Below are positions 9,294 to 17,734 of a stretch of DNA of 64,000 nucleotides, one piece after another. Both the position numbers and the translations under genes were made by a program. Source of the DNA: Candidatus Thorarchaeota archaeon (GTDB taxonomy: Archaea; Asgardarchaeota; Thorarchaeia; Thorarchaeales; Thorarchaeaceae); NCBI GenBank assembly GCA_029855935.1, contig JAGSHN010000031.1, forward strand, positions 32,001 to 96,000, in the 5' to 3' direction. Numbering within the stretch: position 1 is the stretch's first letter; the number at the start of each line of letters is the position of its first letter. The notes under the pieces were generated by a model that ran no database searches, was not told the origin of the DNA, and saw only the letters and a program-made list of their open reading frames with translations.

Positions 9294-9374
9294 TCCTGTC
9301 GTATACCGAATAGCAATATCCTTAATAGGCAGTTGTGGTCATTATAGGATGTCGACATTCGATATGCGACAGGA
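9294..9374. promoter_or_regulatory. Symmetric bidirectional promoter with two 18-bp operators
   Basis: 9294..9311 and 9357..9374 are inverted repeats (16/18); back-to-back TATA-like boxes TATTAAGGAT (minus) and ATTATAGGAT (plus). Confidence 0.7.
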
Positions 9375-9381
9375 GGTAGAA

Positions 9382-9585
9382 ATGAAACACAAGCGTTGGT
9401 ACATGACGGAGGCGACGTGGCGGCGCTTCTCGCGTTTTCGCAAGGAGCTGGAGCTGCGTCTAAACAGAGATCTGAGCCAGGACGAGTTCGTGAGAGTCCT
9501 GTGTGATCACAAGGACGTCGTTCTGGACGTGCTACTGAACACCGCCTCGGCGGACTGTGCTTCTCGAGGAGGGACCGAAGAATGA
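9382..9585 (+). CDS. Ribbon-helix-helix-like regulator (Cro-like position)
   Basis: KHKRWYMTEATWRRF...LSQDEFVRVL; AGGAGG RBS. Confidence 0.65.
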   Translation: MKHKRWYMTEATWRRFSRFRKELELRLNRDLSQDEFVRVLCDHKDVVLDVLLNTASADCASRGGTEE

Positions 9586-9613
9586 ATCAGGCACTCAAGC
9601 TGAACCTGTTCAT
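9577..9613 (+). repeat. 37-bp exact direct repeat, copy 2
   Basis: Identical to 4688..4724. Confidence 0.95.
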
Positions 9614-10181
9614 TGTATTTCTGGAGGTGGTAGTGATAGCAGTCCCTGCCACGTTCGCGAAATGGCTTGGACTGCCCACTGTAGATTTCTTCATAGCTGT
9701 TACCGTTGCCTCTCTCTTGGCATCAGTCACCGGGTTATACTTTGTGCATTATACCGTCGAACGTGAACTTGGCAATGCGAGAGTTCTCGATCTCACAGTC
9801 CAGGAAGGTGACATAGAATGGGCACACAGGCTCTACATCTATGAAATCCTCAGCACGGAGAAGGTCAACGACTCCGAGGTTCGTGACTGGTTGCACAGGG
9901 TCTCAGAGGAGTGGCACAGTGTTGTGGTGCTCACTGACGAGGGCTCGAAGCTTCTGCTTACGCGCCGCCCCTTCGAGGAGGAGTTCATCTTCCGCGAGCG
10001 GTTCGTGGAGGCTGGACTCTGGGGCAAGAGAGCCCCAGTAGCGACGGGCTCGGCGGTGGTGCTGGGACGGGATGGTGCAGTAGACGTCCTTTTTGTGACT
10101 GATTCTGCCAGTCAGCGCAGAGACGTTGCTATGAAAATGATGCGCCTCTTAGAAGGTACTTCGGAGGTGGAGGCCCAGTGA
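9582..10181 (+). CDS. Truncated paralogue of membrane protein 4693..5712
   Basis: Shared MNQALKLNLFIVFLEV, VERELG..RVLDL, TDEG.KL, ERF.E.GLWGK blocks. Confidence 0.8.
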   Translation: MNQALKLNLFIVFLEVVVIAVPATFAKWLGLPTVDFFIAVTVASLLASVTGLYFVHYTVERELGNARVLDLTVQEGDIEWAHRLYIYEILSTEKVNDSEVRDWLHRVSEEWHSVVVLTDEGSKLLLTRRPFEEEFIFRERFVEAGLWGKRAPVATGSAVVLGRDGAVDVLFVTDSASQRRDVAMKMMRLLEGTSEVEAQ

Positions 10182-10408
10182 GCAGCGAAGTCCTCTTCGA
10201 GAAAGTCAAGAGAGTCGTGTTCAACGGAGACGGACTGATTGTCGTGTACGTTGGAGACTTCGCGTCTTTTGAGAGATTGCACGAACGGATAATGCACTCC
10301 ACGACAATCTGCGTCAAGACGAACCTGTTCGGCACTACTCAGTACTGGGAGATCCCGACCAGCCGCGTTGTACTATCGCTCGAAACGGAGAAGGAGGGGA
10401 GCGCATGA
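10178..10408 (+). CDS. Hypothetical viral protein
   Basis: GGAGG RBS, GTGA overlap. Confidence 0.65.
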   Translation: MSSEVLFEKVKRVVFNGDGLIVVYVGDFASFERLHERIMHSTTICVKTNLFGTTQYWEIPTSRVVLSLETEKEGSA

Positions 10409-10782
10409 GCGGCAAGGCAAAGCAAGACTTCGCAGACGCAAGTCTCCTTGAGCTCTTGAAGTTCCACGAGGAGAACGCTTCAATCTGGAAGACCTTACCG
10501 AGCGACCTCGTTGACGCGTTCTGGGAGCGTTTCAACGAGTTGATGCGCAAGATGGCCGTCGTGATGAAGTGGGACCTCGACGACCTGACGGAGGATCATA
10601 TTGAGCCTCTCAAGGGTGAACTTGCGGCTGTGAAAGACCAGGTGGCGGCGCTCCGGGACAAGGTTGACGAGGCCGCAGCAGAGCTGCGCCAGTTGAGTAA
10701 ACGGTTTGAACGCCTTCTCACCGCACTACAGAATACGGAGGTCTCAATCTCCGTGCGCGATTTCGTGGAGGTGGGCAGATGA
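10405..10782 (+). CDS. Coiled-coil viral protein
   Basis: Heptads LKGELAAVKDQVAALRDKVDE. Confidence 0.7.
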   Translation: MSGKAKQDFADASLLELLKFHEENASIWKTLPSDLVDAFWERFNELMRKMAVVMKWDLDDLTEDHIEPLKGELAAVKDQVAALRDKVDEAAAELRQLSKRFERLLTALQNTEVSISVRDFVEVGR

Positions 10783-10950
10783 AGACGGTGAAGAATGTGG
10801 AAGGCGTCAGCATTGCGATGGCGCCATGTCCAAACTGCGGTGGCCTTCGACTCCGTTTTGCCATTGAGCAACAAATGCGAGGTATTCTGTGCGAGCTGCG
10901 GATTGCTGTTGCTGGAAGTCTTGGGCGGAGGTGAAGAAACGTGCGAGTGA
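10779..10950 (+). pseudogene. TFIIB-type Zn-ribbon protein split by a +1 frameshift
   Basis: CPNCG in the frame from ATG 10779; EVFCASCGLLL in the +1 frame. Confidence 0.5.
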
Positions 10951-11315
10951 CGTGGAATGGCGATAACACAGTGACGTTTGAAGGCTCTCGTGAGACCTCC
11001 ACGGCCATTGTTGAAGCCCTTGATTTTGCCCGCAGGCTCTTTGCGGGGCTGGACAGGCTGGGTGAGCGGCAGAGGGACGCGGACGAGGCGAGATATGTGC
11101 GTTCAGAGGAATCGGGTGTGTCTCCTTCCTTCACGCTTGATCCCGCCGAGACTCGCCTAGGGAACTGCCCTCTGTGCGGGGGCGTACTGGAGCGGAAGAG
11201 TACGAGCTCAAGGATAGGCCCGCCGGGTATGATTCAGAGCGAGGAGATCCACACGACTGTCTACTGCCCCCATTGCGGCTACGAGCAGGTCTCATTCGAG
11301 GAGGTGCCTCTGTGA
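10941..11315 (+). CDS. Zn-ribbon protein
   Basis: CPLCG...CPHCG. Confidence 0.7.
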   Translation: MRVTWNGDNTVTFEGSRETSTAIVEALDFARRLFAGLDRLGERQRDADEARYVRSEESGVSPSFTLDPAETRLGNCPLCGGVLERKSTSSRIGPPGMIQSEEIHTTVYCPHCGYEQVSFEEVPL

Positions 11316-12046
11316 CTGCGAACAGAATTCGCATCAAGAAGTCGGTGGGACCATTCTGGAGGTGGACCATCAATTTCATGGTCGGATGTGACCAATGTCT
11401 TTACTGTTACAACAAACGGTGGAATTGGGCCCGCGGGTCACCACGAATCAAAACGGACCTGTCGCTCCTAAGGAAACAAGCAGAGTCCTTCGAATGGAGC
11501 CCAGGACCGTCGGCAATGTGCACAACGCTCTATGACGTGCTCACGTCCAGCAGTCATGACCCATTCCACGTCTCATCACTATCCACAGCGGTAGAGATTC
11601 TCCGGCTACTGGCGAATACCCCTGTGGCGAGTCATCTACGGGTTCTCACAAAGATGGCACTGTTCAATCCTCCACGGTGCGGGGGGCTTTGGGGCATGAC
11701 AATCACAACACTAAATGGTGCAGTGGCTCGGCTGCTGGAACCTCTTGCATCGCCCCCACACGAGCGTTTCAACGCTCTTCAGAACTGGGCCCAGCGAGGG
11801 CACAAGCTGTGGCTCTCCGTCGAGCCTATGCTGGAGGGAATGCATCTTCATGACCTCATTTGGTCCTTGGAACGGCTCGGTGTTCATCCCCAAGAGGTCT
11901 GGGCCGGACGACTAAATCATCGTCATCTATCGACAAAGGCAGCAGAGTACGCTCTCGATGATGCTGAGATAGTGAGGCAGTTCGAAGAGGCGAGAGACTC
12001 CTTTCCAGAGATACGGTGGTATCTGAAGAGGGAGGTGAGGGCGTGA
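11312..12046 (+). CDS. Radical-SAM-like protein (SPL/DUF5131-like)
   Basis: INFMVGCDQCLYCY; ITTL...LLEPLASPPHERF; WLSVEPM. Confidence 0.7.
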   Translation: MTANRIRIKKSVGPFWRWTINFMVGCDQCLYCYNKRWNWARGSPRIKTDLSLLRKQAESFEWSPGPSAMCTTLYDVLTSSSHDPFHVSSLSTAVEILRLLANTPVASHLRVLTKMALFNPPRCGGLWGMTITTLNGAVARLLEPLASPPHERFNALQNWAQRGHKLWLSVEPMLEGMHLHDLIWSLERLGVHPQEVWAGRLNHRHLSTKAAEYALDDAEIVRQFEEARDSFPEIRWYLKREVRA

Positions 12047-12492
12047 GCGTCGACACGATTTCCGCATCCACATCGATCACCGAGAGCTACGTCGCGACGG
12101 CGACCGTCTACACATCCTACTATGCCAGATTGATGAGAAACGTGGATGAACGACCCGATTTGACGCACGTGGCGGTCAGTCGCTACTGGCCTCGGTGGAT
12201 GAAGAAACCTGAGGGCGTGCTGTGGCTTCCAAATCTAGGGCCTAGCAAGCAGCTGCTCTTCACTGCAAAGAAACTGAGCATGGACTTCGAGGAGTACGGT
12301 CACCGATATCTTCACGAGATCCTTGACACACGGGACGGCCGGGAGGCGCTGAACAGGCTGTTGGCACTCCTCGAAGATGGAGAAGATGTCGTGCTGTACT
12401 GCTACGAGAAAGATGTCCGATGTTGCCACCGCTTCTGGCTCTCGGCACTTCTCTGTCACGCGTACGGCTTTGGCCAGGGGGGAGAGCTGTGA
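12043..12492 (+). CDS. DUF488-family protein
   Basis: YTSYY, SRYWPRW, LGPSKQL, VVLYCYEKD..CHR. Confidence 0.8.
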   Translation: MSVDTISASTSITESYVATATVYTSYYARLMRNVDERPDLTHVAVSRYWPRWMKKPEGVLWLPNLGPSKQLLFTAKKLSMDFEEYGHRYLHEILDTRDGREALNRLLALLEDGEDVVLYCYEKDVRCCHRFWLSALLCHAYGFGQGGEL

Positions 12493-12755
12493 AGTCTCCG
12501 CCAACAGCTGAGATAGAGCGAGGACTCTGGCGACAGGGCAAGGACCCCGCCAACATCCAACCCTATTGCAGGCTATGTATGAGAAGGAGGGAATGTGATA
12601 ACTGGCTTCTACAGCATGTACCGATGATGCGATGCGAGAACTTTCTCTTTCCCTGTCCAAAGTGCGGCGAGAACGTGGAGCTGCGCTATGACGAGGCCAG
12701 CGAGTCGTGGGGCTACGTGTGCAGGCAATGCAAGCTGATTTTGGTGGTTCGGTGA
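12489..12755 (+). CDS. Zn-finger protein
   Basis: CRLC, CPKC, CRQC. Confidence 0.7.
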   Translation: MKSPPTAEIERGLWRQGKDPANIQPYCRLCMRRRECDNWLLQHVPMMRCENFLFPCPKCGENVELRYDEASESWGYVCRQCKLILVVR

Positions 12756-12756
12756 C

Positions 12757-14577
12757 GTGACCATGACCGAGGCACATGTCAGTGACTGGACGGTGACGGA
12801 CGAAGAGCTGCTCTCGCTCATCCAACGCTACGAGCAAGAGTTCGGGGAGTGGAATCCAGAACACTTCTTTGAGATATTCTTTCATGTCCTTCGGCCCTCT
12901 TCTCCCCGGCAGGTGCACATCGAATACGTGAATGAGTTGCGAGAGCGCGGAGCAAATAGCTGTATATTGCTCCCTTCTTGGCGGACTCCCCAGAAGGTAC
13001 ACGTCATAGCATCGTATCTTCTACGCAAACATCGCTTCTATGCTCAGTCCAAGAATAGCCCGATATGGATGTATCACGAGGACGAAGGGATCTGGCGGCC
13101 GGATGGTGAGGAATTCATTCAACGGTTCGTGAGAGAGATTCTCGGCGAGGATTTCAGAACGCACGTAGTCAACGAGGTCGTCAATTCTATCCGATATGCA
13201 TCCTACAATCCAAGCGTGGAGTTAGGCGGGCCGCCACACAAGATCGTGGTCAATAATGGCCTTCTGAATATTGAAACGCGAGAACTTGAGGGCTTCGCCG
13301 CGGACGAATACCACATTGTCCGCCTTCCGGTGGACTATGACCCAGATGCAGACTGCCCTCGTTTTAGGAAGTTCTTGGACGAGATTCTGGACTCTGAAGA
13401 TGACAAGAAGGCCATCATCGAGCATCTCGGCTCTTGTCTACATCGTGTCCCGTATTCGAATATCGTGTTGCTTCTCGGCGAGGGGTCCAACGGTAAGAGC
13501 GTTCTGCTCAATGTTGTCAAGACCTTTCTCGGTGCGGAGAACGTCAGCGCCATTCAGCTGCAGAGGCTTGAGGAGCGCTTTCAGACCGCCAAGCTGCACG
13601 GCAAGCTCGCCAACATCTGCGCGGACCTGCCAGCTAACCCCATCCGATACACCGGCATGATAAAGATGTTGACGGGGGGAGATATCATCACCGCGGAGCG
13701 CAAGAACAGAGACCCATTTGAGTTTGTCAATCACGCCAAGCTGTGGTTTAGTGCAAACGAAGTACCGCCGTCTTGGGACGGCACGGACGCATTTCATAGA
13801 AGAATGCGAATCATAGAGTTCAGGCGCCAATTCTTGGATGACGATCCGAACACCATCCCGCAGGACATCCTGGTGCCTCAGCTGACAACAGAGGAAGAGC
13901 TATCAGGAATACTCAACCTCGCTCTGGATGGGCTGGCGAGACTACGACACCAGGGCCACCTCTCGGGAACCCCAGGTGTCGAGGCGGCTCGGCGGCAGTA
14001 CATCAAGCGCAGCGACCCAATCCAGTACTTTGCCATGTACTTCTTGGAACAGGACCCCACTGCGCCGAGCGTGCCGAAGCAAGAGATGTACGATATGTAT
14101 GTCAAACTGTGCCGCGCGCTTGGCAAGATCCCGAAGTCCGACGGGTGGTTCGGTAAGAGGCTGAAGATGCTTCTGCCATACATCTCTGAATCACAGCCCC
14201 GCGAGGAGGGTTCCCGCATTCGTGTGTGGGATGGTGTGCGCATCCGATACGACCTGCTACAGAAGGAGGGGGTAGAGGTGCCCTCTGGCACAGGTGGAAC
14301 AGGTTCCCTACTTATTTCGTCGTCTAAAGTGATTGACTCTATGGAGAGAAGTAGGGAAACAACCCGTTCCACCCGTGCCACCCGTTCCACAATACTGAGG
14401 GCCCTGAGTGGACATGATCTGACGGAGGGCGCGTTGTGGGACGCTCTTGGCTGCAGTTCAGAGGAGGAGCGGAGGAGGGTGTCGGAGGCCCTGCAGGAGC
14501 TCGTGCGAGAGGGCAGGGTGATGGCGCGTGGCGACACTCCCGTGTACTACCGCGCCGTAAGAGGTGATGCACGATGA
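12757..14577 (+). CDS. D5/P4-like superfamily-3 helicase with C-terminal wHTH; no recognisable primase domain
   Basis: NNGLLN, YDPDADCPRF, GEGSNGKS, KMLTGGD.I.AERK, FSANE.P, RRMRII.F. Confidence 0.9.
   Translation: MTMTEAHVSDWTVTDEELLSLIQRYEQEFGEWNPEHFFEIFFHVLRPSSPRQVHIEYVNELRERGANSCILLPSWRTPQKVHVIASYLLRKHRFYAQSKNSPIWMYHEDEGIWRPDGEEFIQRFVREILGEDFRTHVVNEVVNSIRYASYNPSVELGGPPHKIVVNNGLLNIETRELEGFAADEYHIVRLPVDYDPDADCPRFRKFLDEILDSEDDKKAIIEHLGSCLHRVPYSNIVLLLGEGSNGKSVLLNVVKTFLGAENVSAIQLQRLEERFQTAKLHGKLANICADLPANPIRYTGMIKMLTGGDIITAERKNRDPFEFVNHAKLWFSANEVPPSWDGTDAFHRRMRIIEFRRQFLDDDPNTIPQDILVPQLTTEEELSGILNLALDGLARLRHQGHLSGTPGVEAARRQYIKRSDPIQYFAMYFLEQDPTAPSVPKQEMYDMYVKLCRALGKIPKSDGWFGKRLKMLLPYISESQPREEGSRIRVWDGVRIRYDLLQKEGVEVPSGTGGTGSLLISSSKVIDSMERSRETTRSTRATRSTILRALSGHDLTEGALWDALGCSSEEERRRVSEALQELVREGRVMARGDTPVYYRAVRGDAR
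14286..14390. repeat. Iteron/palindrome array, candidate replication origin inside the helicase gene
   Basis: 2x TGG(C/A)ACAGG, TTCCCTACTT...AAGTAGGGAA, 3x inverted CCCGT(T/G)CCA. Confidence 0.7.
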
Positions 14578-14756
14578 ACGAGAACAGAAAGCGGAGGATC
14601 TGTCCCTATCTAACGCCGAGGCAGCCCTGCCCATCTCCTGGCCTCGTAGACTGTCACATCCACACGGACTGGGGACTGGTGCCCTGCCCGGTGATAATTG
14701 TGAAGCGTTCCTCCAACCCAGAGTTTGTCGAGGGAGGTAGAGAAGAGGAGGAATGA
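14574..14756 (+). CDS. Small Cys-rich viral protein
   Basis: ATGA overlap, 4 Cys. Confidence 0.5.
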   Translation: MNENRKRRICPYLTPRQPCPSPGLVDCHIHTDWGLVPCPVIIVKRSSNPEFVEGGREEEE

Positions 14757-14760
14757 TGTG

Positions 14761-14925
14761 ATGGCAAGAGTGTGTAGATGTAAGAGGTGTGGTGTGCTAT
14801 TGGAAGAGGTCATGCTATTGGCTCTGTTACGAGAGCTCGGAAATCATGTCTCTGGGCCGATCAGTACGTGTTGGTCTGGTGGTCCGGAACACGATTTCGA
14901 GTGGGTGGAGGTGGATAAGAAATGA
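14761..14925 (+). CDS. Small Cys/His viral protein
   Basis: CKRC...C...H; GGAGG RBS. Confidence 0.55.
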   Translation: MARVCRCKRCGVLLEEVMLLALLRELGNHVSGPISTCWSGGPEHDFEWVEVDKK

Positions 14926-15110
14926 CCGAAGATGGAGTCCTTGAGGATGTGGTGCGACAGTTCGCACACATCTTTGGACAAGCAGTCACCAGCGTCGTGC
15001 TGGTTGTGGTCTGCACTGACGACGTCAAGAGTGCCAAGAACATCTGCAACGAAATCAAGAGACGCTTGATGCATCAATCGCGACCATCCAGCTTATGGAC
15101 TGGAGAGTAG
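14922..15110 (+). CDS. Small hypothetical viral protein
   Basis: GGAGGTG RBS, ATGA overlap. Confidence 0.55.
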   Translation: MTEDGVLEDVVRQFAHIFGQAVTSVVLVVVCTDDVKSAKNICNEIKRRLMHQSRPSSLWTGE

Positions 15111-15116
15111 TGGGAG

Positions 15117-15401
15117 GTGATGATAATGTCGGTTAAGAGAAGATTCTGGCGCGGCTACTGGGTAAGATTGGTGGTCCTGTCGGCGATAGCGATGATTGGC
15201 ATGCTGTTCTTCGCGTTGTTCACAATCGACACCTTTGTGAGCGTGCATGTCAATGTGCCATTGCCAGTCAGAACTGTGGGATTCCTCATCTGTGCGGTGG
15301 TAGCCTCGTGGTTCTTCCTGATTGCATTGTATAAGAACACTCTGTGGGCCATACGTGTACGCAGGAAGATGCGCGCGGTCGAAGGAGGCGATGAGGAGTG
15401 A
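15117..15401 (+). CDS. Two-TM viral protein
   Basis: Hydropathy; GGAGGTG RBS. Confidence 0.65.
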   Translation: MMIMSVKRRFWRGYWVRLVVLSAIAMIGMLFFALFTIDTFVSVHVNVPLPVRTVGFLICAVVASWFFLIALYKNTLWAIRVRRKMRAVEGGDEE

Positions 15402-15592
15402 CTGAGGAGACCAGCCAGGGCCGCCGGCTTGCAGCCATCACAGTGTTGCTGATGTCGATGATCACGCTACTCGGTGATGGTTTCCTGTTGGTGGCGATGG
15501 GGCAGTATCCTCTCCTCTTTGCGAACGTTGTCTATGTGAGCTACGTCCTGATTGCGGTCTACGTATATCTCTGGGAGAGTGATGTGGAGTGA
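15398..15592 (+). CDS. Two-TM viral protein
   Basis: Hydropathy; GTGA overlaps. Confidence 0.6.
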   Translation: MTEETSQGRRLAAITVLLMSMITLLGDGFLLVAMGQYPLLFANVVYVSYVLIAVYVYLWESDVE

Positions 15593-16059
15593 CGTGCCTG
15601 AGATGCGGCCGGGATGCCGTCGACTACTACGTGGACAATGGCATTCAGCGCCATGACGACTGGGCGTGCGCCATCTTGGGCATCGGAGGGGCGCCGTACT
15701 GCTGGAAGTGTCGGCATGAGTACTACTTCTCCGAGCAGCACTGCGACTACGTTGCGATCTTTGAGTTTCGTAACATCTTCGGCGCCAGGTATCGTACTGA
15801 CGTCCTCTTCTGGAAAGGCATGAGAGAGCTCGATGCTGCACTGGAGAGGATGCGTCTGGTTGGCGAGTACCTGCATCGTGCGTCTGGTCGGCAGGCACGA
15901 TACCTCGGTGTGTCTGCGGGTCAGAGAGGGGGCGTGTCATTCATTTTCGGCACGGAGAACAGTCTGGACTTTCTGCGAGAGCGGATAATGTGGGTCCGAA
16001 GAATGATGGCGGTGCCGGTTCAAGGGACGCTGGAGGAGTTTCTGGAGGTGGAGGTGTGA
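15589..16059 (+). CDS. Zn-binding hypothetical viral protein
   Basis: CLRC...CWKC. Confidence 0.65.
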   Translation: MTCLRCGRDAVDYYVDNGIQRHDDWACAILGIGGAPYCWKCRHEYYFSEQHCDYVAIFEFRNIFGARYRTDVLFWKGMRELDAALERMRLVGEYLHRASGRQARYLGVSAGQRGGVSFIFGTENSLDFLRERIMWVRRMMAVPVQGTLEEFLEVEV

Positions 16060-16649
16060 GACTTCGCGTTCTGGACCTGTTCTCGGGTCTCGGAGGTTTC
16101 TCGGAGGCGTTTCTGCGGCGGGGGCATGAGGTGTTCCGAGTGGACAACGACGTCCGTTTCGCGCAGGTCCCGTGTACTATCATAGGGGACGTGCGGGAGA
16201 TTGACATTGAGCAGTTCGTACCGATTGATGTTGTCTTGGCGAGTCCACCGTGCGAGACATTCACACGGCGTCATCTGCCCTGGCTGGATGCACGTGATGG
16301 CGAGATAGAGGAGGCAATGCTGCTTGTGGAGGCTGCAGTGATGATCATCGACGATTTGGAGCCACAGTTCTGGGTATTGGAGAATGTGCAGGGTGCCGTA
16401 CCGCACATATCCAGACTGCTGGGCCCGCCCAGACAACGTATCGGCTCGCGCTACCTGTGGGGTGTCTTCCCGCGGATACATCTCACTCCGCAGGAGGAGC
16501 GCGAGTGCTACGGAAAGTACCGCCTTCCGCCCAGCGTTCCGAACCGGGCTGCGGAGCGCGCCAGGATTCCGTATGTGCTGAGCTTGGCACTCTGCCGGGC
16601 CATGGAGGAACAACAGACACTGCTGGAGGTGCTGGAGGATGAGCGCTGA
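16056..16649 (+). CDS. Short DNA cytosine-5 methyltransferase
   Basis: Motif I LDLFSGLGG, motif IV SPPC, motif VI ENV. Confidence 0.85.
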   Translation: MRLRVLDLFSGLGGFSEAFLRRGHEVFRVDNDVRFAQVPCTIIGDVREIDIEQFVPIDVVLASPPCETFTRRHLPWLDARDGEIEEAMLLVEAAVMIIDDLEPQFWVLENVQGAVPHISRLLGPPRQRIGSRYLWGVFPRIHLTPQEERECYGKYRLPPSVPNRAAERARIPYVLSLALCRAMEEQQTLLEVLEDER

Positions 16650-17734
16650 GGCTGCTGAGCCGGGAGATCTGTGGGCGCTGGTACGGGAGTTGGTGGAGAA
16701 GGCAAAGGAGGAACTGAGGACTGAGAGAGAGCGACAGGAGCAGGTTCCTGAGCGAGTTCGAGCGGAAACTTGAACTGGAGGGTCTTCGGCCCAGAAGCAT
16801 CAGGAACTACATGTACTGGGCTGGCCGACTGTACCCTCTGACCCGTCCCCGTCTCGAGGAGCTGCTATTGCAAGCGAGAAGCGCAAGCACTTACAACCTC
16901 GTCTTGCAGACAGCGAGAAAGATGGTCACATTGATGGGGATCTCTGTGAGTCTGGAGGGACTGCGGTTTCGCCGCGTGGAGAATCGCGTGCGGCATCATG
17001 AGGACCTTCTGACCGTCGACGAGGTTCGTGCAGTCATCCGTGAGGCTCGGACAACGGCAGCAGCCAGTGCGATTGCAGTGTGCTGGGATGGCGCCCTCAG
17101 AGTCGGCGAGCTACTCTCATTCGAGATGCGCGACATCCGACAGGACGAGTACGGCTACGTGATCATCGTGCGCGGTAAGACCGGCGAGAGGCCTGTGCGT
17201 CTCGTCCGCAGCTGCGGACATCTCTCTGCATGGCTCAGGCATCGCGGTGAGGAACCCGGACGGGTCTTTCCATTCACAGCAGACTGGCTCCGCGGACATC
17301 TGCGTCGTGCTGCCCGTAGGGCCGGCATAAGGAAGAGAGTCTACCCGCATCTACTGAGACATTCAAGACTGACAGAACTGGCCAAGAGCCTGCCTCGACA
17401 GGCACTTGTGGCATTTGCGGGTTGGAACGCCGAGACGGATATGGACAGTGTGTACGTTCATCTCAGCCAGCAGGATGTGGACTCGGCCGTGTTGCGGGCG
17501 GCTGGTGTTCCGGTGGGCAGTAGCGAGTCCTCTGTGCAGCGTTGCCCGCGCTGTCATCTTCTCACGGACGGCGGAGACTTTTGCAGCAATTGTGGGGCGG
17601 TGCTGCAGGTCACTGCTGATGATCTACAGAGGCTGACTCTTGAGCAGATGATGTTCCGGGCGTTGCAGATGCCTGAGGTCCAGCGCGCGATGATTGATGC
17701 ATTCAAGCGCATTATAGATGAACAGAAGGAGTAG
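16639..17734 (+). CDS. int: Tyrosine integrase with C-terminal Zn ribbon; N-terminus split by a frameshift near 16723-16741
   Basis: GALRVGEL, RGKTG, HLLRH, AGW, VYVHL catalytic set; CPRC..CSNC; core-binding-like FLSEFERKLELEGLRPRSIRNY lies upstream of the first in-frame ATG (16811). Confidence 0.9.

Noticed and set aside
4164-16165. Perfect E2F-like 8-mers in viral coding regions (GCGCGAAA ~4164, TTTCGCGC ~16158) and at ~29749
   Set aside because: A few such 8-mers are expected by chance in 64 kb of GC-rich DNA; they lie in CDSs or an RNA stem.
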